Assembly: GCA_029856045.1 (NCBI GenBank)
Contig: JAHQWG010000028.1
Coordinates: forward strand, 160,001 to 224,000
Source: Promethearchaeia archaeon
GTDB lineage: Archaea > Asgardarchaeota > Lokiarchaeia > Sigyniarchaeales > SOKP01
Reading direction: 5' to 3'
Length of the DNA: 64,000 nucleotides
Shown here one piece after another: positions 60,257 to 64,000 of this stretch. A program made the position numbers and the translations under genes. Each line of letters begins with the position of its first letter. The stretch's first letter is position 1. The notes under the pieces are model-generated. The model was not told where the DNA came from. It was given only the letters and a program-made list of their open reading frames with translations, and ran no database searches.

Positions 60257-61801
60257 ATGTCAAAAAAGAAATCTATATCTAACGTCAATCAGTTTATTTC
60301 TTTTGTTGAAACTCCTTCTGAAATATCTCAATTAATGGTAACATTAATCAATCAACCCAAAAATTGCCATATTTTGGATAGTGGTTGTGGTAAAGGCATT
60401 TTTTTAAAGAGTTTAATATCATCTGGTTTTACTAACATTGATGGAATTGAAATAGATCCGGGTTTATGTGATTATCTTAAGTCATCTTTTAAGGAGATTG
60501 AGTTATATAATGATGATTTTTTAATTTGGAAAAGTCCTAAAAAGTATAATGTGATTATTGGAAATCCCCCTTATTCACATTATAATTCATTACCAAAGAA
60601 AATTCAAAAAGAAGTTTTTTCTTTAACGAAAACTGGAGAATCTGATATATATTATGCTTTTATTATTAAATCAATTGAATTACTCAGAGAAAATGGAGAA
60701 TTAATCTATATAGTTCCTTATCAATTCTTTTATAATACTCATGCAGAAATTGTAAGGAAAAAAATTTTAGAAAATGGCTATTTTGAAATTTTAATTGATC
60801 TTGACGAAGTTAGACTATTTGAGGGGGAACACCCCGAAACTATTATTTTTAAATTTGTTAAAACAGAAAATACAAGTTATAAAAACATTGAAGTATTTCG
60901 AATAAAACATAGGAGAGCAAGACCAGAAAATATTTTTAAGAAATTTGTTGAATCTCTTAAAGAAAAAAAGGAGAATGAACTTTTTTTCTACTACACTAAA
61001 CAAAATTTTAGTAATTATAGAGAAATTTGGTCTTCCTATCCTTCAATTGATATTCCAGAGTATAAGAAATTAAAAGACATTGCCTTTGTTGGAGTTGGAT
61101 TAGTTTCTGGTTTTGATAAGGCGTTTAGGATTAAAATAAATGAAGATAAACATTATAATGAAAGAGAAAAGAACTTAATCTTTAATTTTATTAAAGCTAT
61201 GAATTGTAAAGGTTTTAGGGTCGAAGGTTTTGAGAAATATATTCTGATGGATGAAAAAATAAAAGATGAAATATATCTAAGCAAAAATTATCCAAATATA
61301 TATAAAAAGATGGTTGAATTTAAACAACCAATGTCCTCTAGATATATGCCGAATCATAAAAAATGGTTTCATTGGCAAGCCTTGAGAAATAAAAAGATTT
61401 TAGATAAATATATGGAATTACCAAAAATTTTTGTCCCAACTTTGGATCGAAGTAAAGTAAATAGATTTAGTTTTAGTGATATGAAAGTTTATCCTTCAGG
61501 TGATGTGTTAGTGATTATTCCTTTTAATATAGATCCATACTTTTTATTAGGATATTTAAATAGTGCCTTTTTTCGGGAGTATTATTTATCTCATGGTGCG
61601 AAAAGAGGTTATAGAATTGCTTTTACCCAGAGAATTATGTCAAACATAAAAATTCCTGTATTTGGGAATGAAGAATTAAAAAATATAGCGAATATCTCTA
61701 AAGAAATACTTAATACCAATGATTTTATTAAACGAAAATCTATTGATGATATTATTAGTAATGCCTTGAAAAAAATAAAGCAATTACACAAAAGTAAATA
61801 A
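60257..61801 (+). CDS. N6-adenine DNA methyltransferase (gamma class; Eco57I/TaqI-like) with C-terminal specificity region
   Basis: ILDSGCGKGIF (motif I) precedes IIGNPPY (motif IV); YFLLGYLNS; GGGAGG SD. Confidence 0.9.
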   Translation: MSKKKSISNVNQFISFVETPSEISQLMVTLINQPKNCHILDSGCGKGIFLKSLISSGFTNIDGIEIDPGLCDYLKSSFKEIELYNDDFLIWKSPKKYNVIIGNPPYSHYNSLPKKIQKEVFSLTKTGESDIYYAFIIKSIELLRENGELIYIVPYQFFYNTHAEIVRKKILENGYFEILIDLDEVRLFEGEHPETIIFKFVKTENTSYKNIEVFRIKHRRARPENIFKKFVESLKEKKENELFFYYTKQNFSNYREIWSSYPSIDIPEYKKLKDIAFVGVGLVSGFDKAFRIKINEDKHYNEREKNLIFNFIKAMNCKGFRVEGFEKYILMDEKIKDEIYLSKNYPNIYKKMVEFKQPMSSRYMPNHKKWFHWQALRNKKILDKYMELPKIFVPTLDRSKVNRFSFSDMKVYPSGDVLVIIPFNIDPYFLLGYLNSAFFREYYLSHGAKRGYRIAFTQRIMSNIKIPVFGNEELKNIANISKEILNTNDFIKRKSIDDIISNALKKIKQLHKSK

Positions 61802-61830
61802 TTATTTATAAACATATTGATACTATTGTA

Positions 61831-61977
61831 CATGCATCAAAAAAGGATATTAGTTTAGTAATAGAAACAATTAATCCATATATTATAATTCCTGTCCATA
61901 TAGATAATCCTAGTTGATTTATTGACAATTTTGATAAAGTAGTTCCTGTAAAAGAAGGTTACACTTTTAAATTTTAA
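61831..61977 (+). pseudogene. 3' remnant of an RNase J/beta-CASP metallo-hydrolase (copy 1, internal stop)
   Basis: HASKKDISLVIETINPYIIIPVHIDNPS*FIDNFDKVVPVKEGYTFKF*. Confidence 0.75.
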
Positions 61978-62267
61978 AATAAATGCTTGTTTACCATAAA
62001 AAAGCAATCTCTTGAAAAATAAAAGATAAACAGCTTTAATCCTACTTAAATTCGCTGATTAAAGTGTTTATTTTATCTTTTCCCTTAACCTATCCTAAAC
62101 TAAAATGAGGGGTATATCCTTTCTTAAATCGATTACTATCGTTTGGATTATATAAGTGACCATTTTTGGTTAAATTCAAAAATAAAGGAATCTACTAAGA
62201 ATTCAATAAAATAATATAACAAAATATTTATTTATATGATTCTATATAGTTTTTTAGTGAAGTAGAA

Positions 62268-62510
62268 ATGACGACAATTCCCGTGAAAAAAGAACTCTTA
62301 GAAGAACTCGTCGATTTAAAAATGAAATATTTACACGATGAGGTTGAGAAAATTTTGCAGAAATGGAATTATGATTTACCAACCAAATTTTTCAATCATG
62401 CGAAGGATGGTACTTTAGAGGAAGCAGAAGATGACGCAATAACTTTAAAACATTTGCTGGATCAAAGGGAAGAATTATTATTATTAAAAAAAAACTGGAA
62501 TACCAATTAA
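62268..62510 (+). CDS. Small acidic protein, putative antitoxin
   Basis: 80 aa, helical; lies 29 nt upstream of a DUF6516-like gene. Confidence 0.55.
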   Translation: MTTIPVKKELLEELVDLKMKYLHDEVEKILQKWNYDLPTKFFNHAKDGTLEEAEDDAITLKHLLDQREELLLLKKNWNTN

Positions 62511-62539
62511 TCCAATAAAACCACATCTCATTCTATTCT

Positions 62540-62923
62540 ATGTTAAGTATTGAAAAATTAATTAGATCTAGATTAATTTTAGAAGAAGAATTATCTATTT
62601 ATATAAAAATTTTGACTTTTGAACCTAAATTAGCGAGAATTCATGTAATTTTAAGAGATAAAGTTCAACTCTTTATAAGATATAATAATCATGATGAATA
62701 TAGTTATAGTATCATCTTTTCCCAAATGGAATTAGATCGATGCAGATTTGATAACTATGACGATAGATGGGATGTTTTAACAAGACCAAATCATTATCAT
62801 CCACGATATAATAAATTGGGTTTTGAAAGTCCTATGAATGGTAATCCAGATCATGATATTCCAAAATTATGTAAATTAATAAAATCAGGTAAAATACTTT
62901 TTAAAAATTTCAAGTTTATTTAA
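62540..62923 (+). CDS. DUF6516/TumE-like putative toxin
   Basis: YSYS..RFDN..TRPNHYHP resembles the RxDN...PHHxH pattern of the family. Confidence 0.6.
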   Translation: MLSIEKLIRSRLILEEELSIYIKILTFEPKLARIHVILRDKVQLFIRYNNHDEYSYSIIFSQMELDRCRFDNYDDRWDVLTRPNHYHPRYNKLGFESPMNGNPDHDIPKLCKLIKSGKILFKNFKFI

Positions 62924-62929
62924 TAAATA

Positions 62930-63160
62930 AATGGAATTCATTCTATCGACATATTCTCCTACTAAGATCATTTTAGTAGAATAGTCAATATTGACAAGAG
63001 GTCGAATTCTTTTATGACCAAAGGAATGAACGTAACTAAAAAACTTTAGATATCGATCTTGTTTTCCCATCGAATAATAAAGCTCTTGAAGCATTATTTC
63101 GTCAGTCGGTTTCACGGGCTGGATTTTTATCGTTTTTCCATCTAATAATTTTATGAAAGA
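62930..63160 (-). pseudogene. Fragment of a GNAT domain of the type fused to acyl-CoA synthetases/acetyl-CoA hydrolases
   Basis: IKLLDGKTIKIQPVKPTDEIMLQELYYSMGKQDRYLKFF..LVNIDY..MILVG; truncated at both ends, limits approximate. Confidence 0.7.
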
Positions 63161-63323
63161 ATATCATATATCGGGACATGCATCAAAAAAGAATATTAAA
63201 TGGGCAATAGAAACGATTAATCCCGATGTTATAATTCCAGTTCATACAGATAATCATTGCTGGTTTAATAACAATTTCGATAACGCAGTTCCTATAAAAG
63301 AAAGTTATACCTTAAAATTTTAA
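63153..63323 (+). pseudogene. 3' remnant of an RNase J/beta-CASP metallo-hydrolase (copy 2)
   Basis: MKEYHISGHASKKNIKWAIETINPDVIIPVHTDNHCWFNNNFDNAVPIKESYTLKF*; the HxSGHA...P..IIPVH motif is present. Confidence 0.78.
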
Positions 63324-63494
63324 AATAATTGCTGATTCCCAAAAAATAAAATTTAATCTTGAATATTATTATTATAATCTTAAAAATGTTTCAAAATTGA
63401 AATCCAAAAAAAAATTATTTATTAAAAATAAAAGTTAAAAACTTAAATGAAAAGGATTTTATTATTATAAAGCGTTAAGGATTAAAAAGTTAAT

Positions 63495-64000
63495 ATGTCT
63501 CAATCTCAAAATATAGCAAGATTGGATTTTATAAATTTTCCTCAGAAAATTTTAATTCCTAATCAAGATTTTCAGTTGAATTTTCAAATTACAAATAATT
63601 CTGCAAATTCAGAACTTTATAAATTAATTATTAGTGGAGAGAATTTAGAAATTATACAGTCCGAAGAATTAATTAAAGGTATACAATTCAAAGAGAATGA
63701 AACTAAGCAGTTTAAAATAAATTTACGCCCTAAGATTGATGGACAAGGAAAAATTACTTTTAATATAACTCATGTGAAAACTGTTCAATACACAGTTAAA
63801 GTTAAAAAAATAAGAGAGATTGTGTCAATAAGTAAAATTAATGAGATTTTTGGTAAAGAATACATTACTTCATCAGACATGGAGGATCTTTTTTTTAAAG
63901 ATGAGTTCGTAGAAAATATGAGCAATTTTGAAATTCAAGAAGCTCTTAATAAATTGGATTTACCCGATGAAAACCCTGTTGCATCAGAATATGGTGAAGA
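63495..64000 (+). CDS. Hypothetical protein, partial (runs off the window); Ig-like beta-rich N-terminus
   Basis: Open from ATG 63495 (MSQSQNIARLDFINFPQKILIP...) to the window end; absent from the ORF track. Confidence 0.75.
   Translation, partial: MSQSQNIARLDFINFPQKILIPNQDFQLNFQITNNSANSELYKLIISGENLEIIQSEELIKGIQFKENETKQFKINLRPKIDGQGKITFNITHVKTVQYTVKVKKIREIVSISKINEIFGKEYITSSDMEDLFFKDEFVENMSNFEIQEALNKLDLPDENPVASEYGE

Noticed and set aside
133-61833. Numerous short antisense or alternate-frame ORFs in the track (e.g. 133-477, 2674-2955, 6314-6517, 27897-28211, 57613-58032)
   Set aside because: They lie within well-supported genes, lack motifs, and have shadow-ORF composition.
61915-61917. In-frame TGA as a second Sec codon
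   Set aside because: It aligns to TGG (Trp) in the sister copy and lies in a startless gene fragment, so it is a nonsense mutation.
1-64000. tRNA (including tRNA-Sec), rRNA or IS elements
   Set aside because: No GC-rich cloverleaf or rRNA-like segment, transposase ORF or terminal inverted repeats were seen by eye; tRNAscan/Infernal were not run.

Overview
Very AT-rich, gene-dense archaeal chromosomal window. It most resembles an Asgard archaeon of the Lokiarchaeia type, inferred from a roadblock/Rab-like GTPase fusion, an MglA-like GTPase, a longin/DENN-like protein, PCI-domain coiled-coil proteins and many FAD/CCG oxidoreductases. Main contents: (i) a large prenyltransferase-repeat/PCI/coiled-coil membrane-anchored protein; (ii) a 6.7-27 kb catabolic region (DegT aminotransferase, Gfo/Idh/MocA, G1PDH-like enzyme, two PIG-L deacetylases, two GPH transporters, three FAD oxidases with two CCG Fe-S partners); (iii) a 12.7 kb hdrCB-hdrA'-hdrA''-mvhD-hdrA-flxDCBA-frhB electron-bifurcation operon; (iv) a GH38 mannosidase, an orphan N6-adenine methyltransferase and a decayed toxin-antitoxin/pseudogene patch. 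The top hidden signal is at 56.3-57.35 kb. The ORF track starts this gene at 56526, but the frame extends to a Shine-Dalgarno-preceded GTG at 56340 through one in-frame TGA lying in a CxxU motif. A eukaryote-type SECIS-like hairpin follows just after the stop codon. This is a candidate selenoprotein of a family I do not recognise. No rRNA, tRNA, CRISPR array or intact IS element was seen. All family calls come from motif reading, not database searches.
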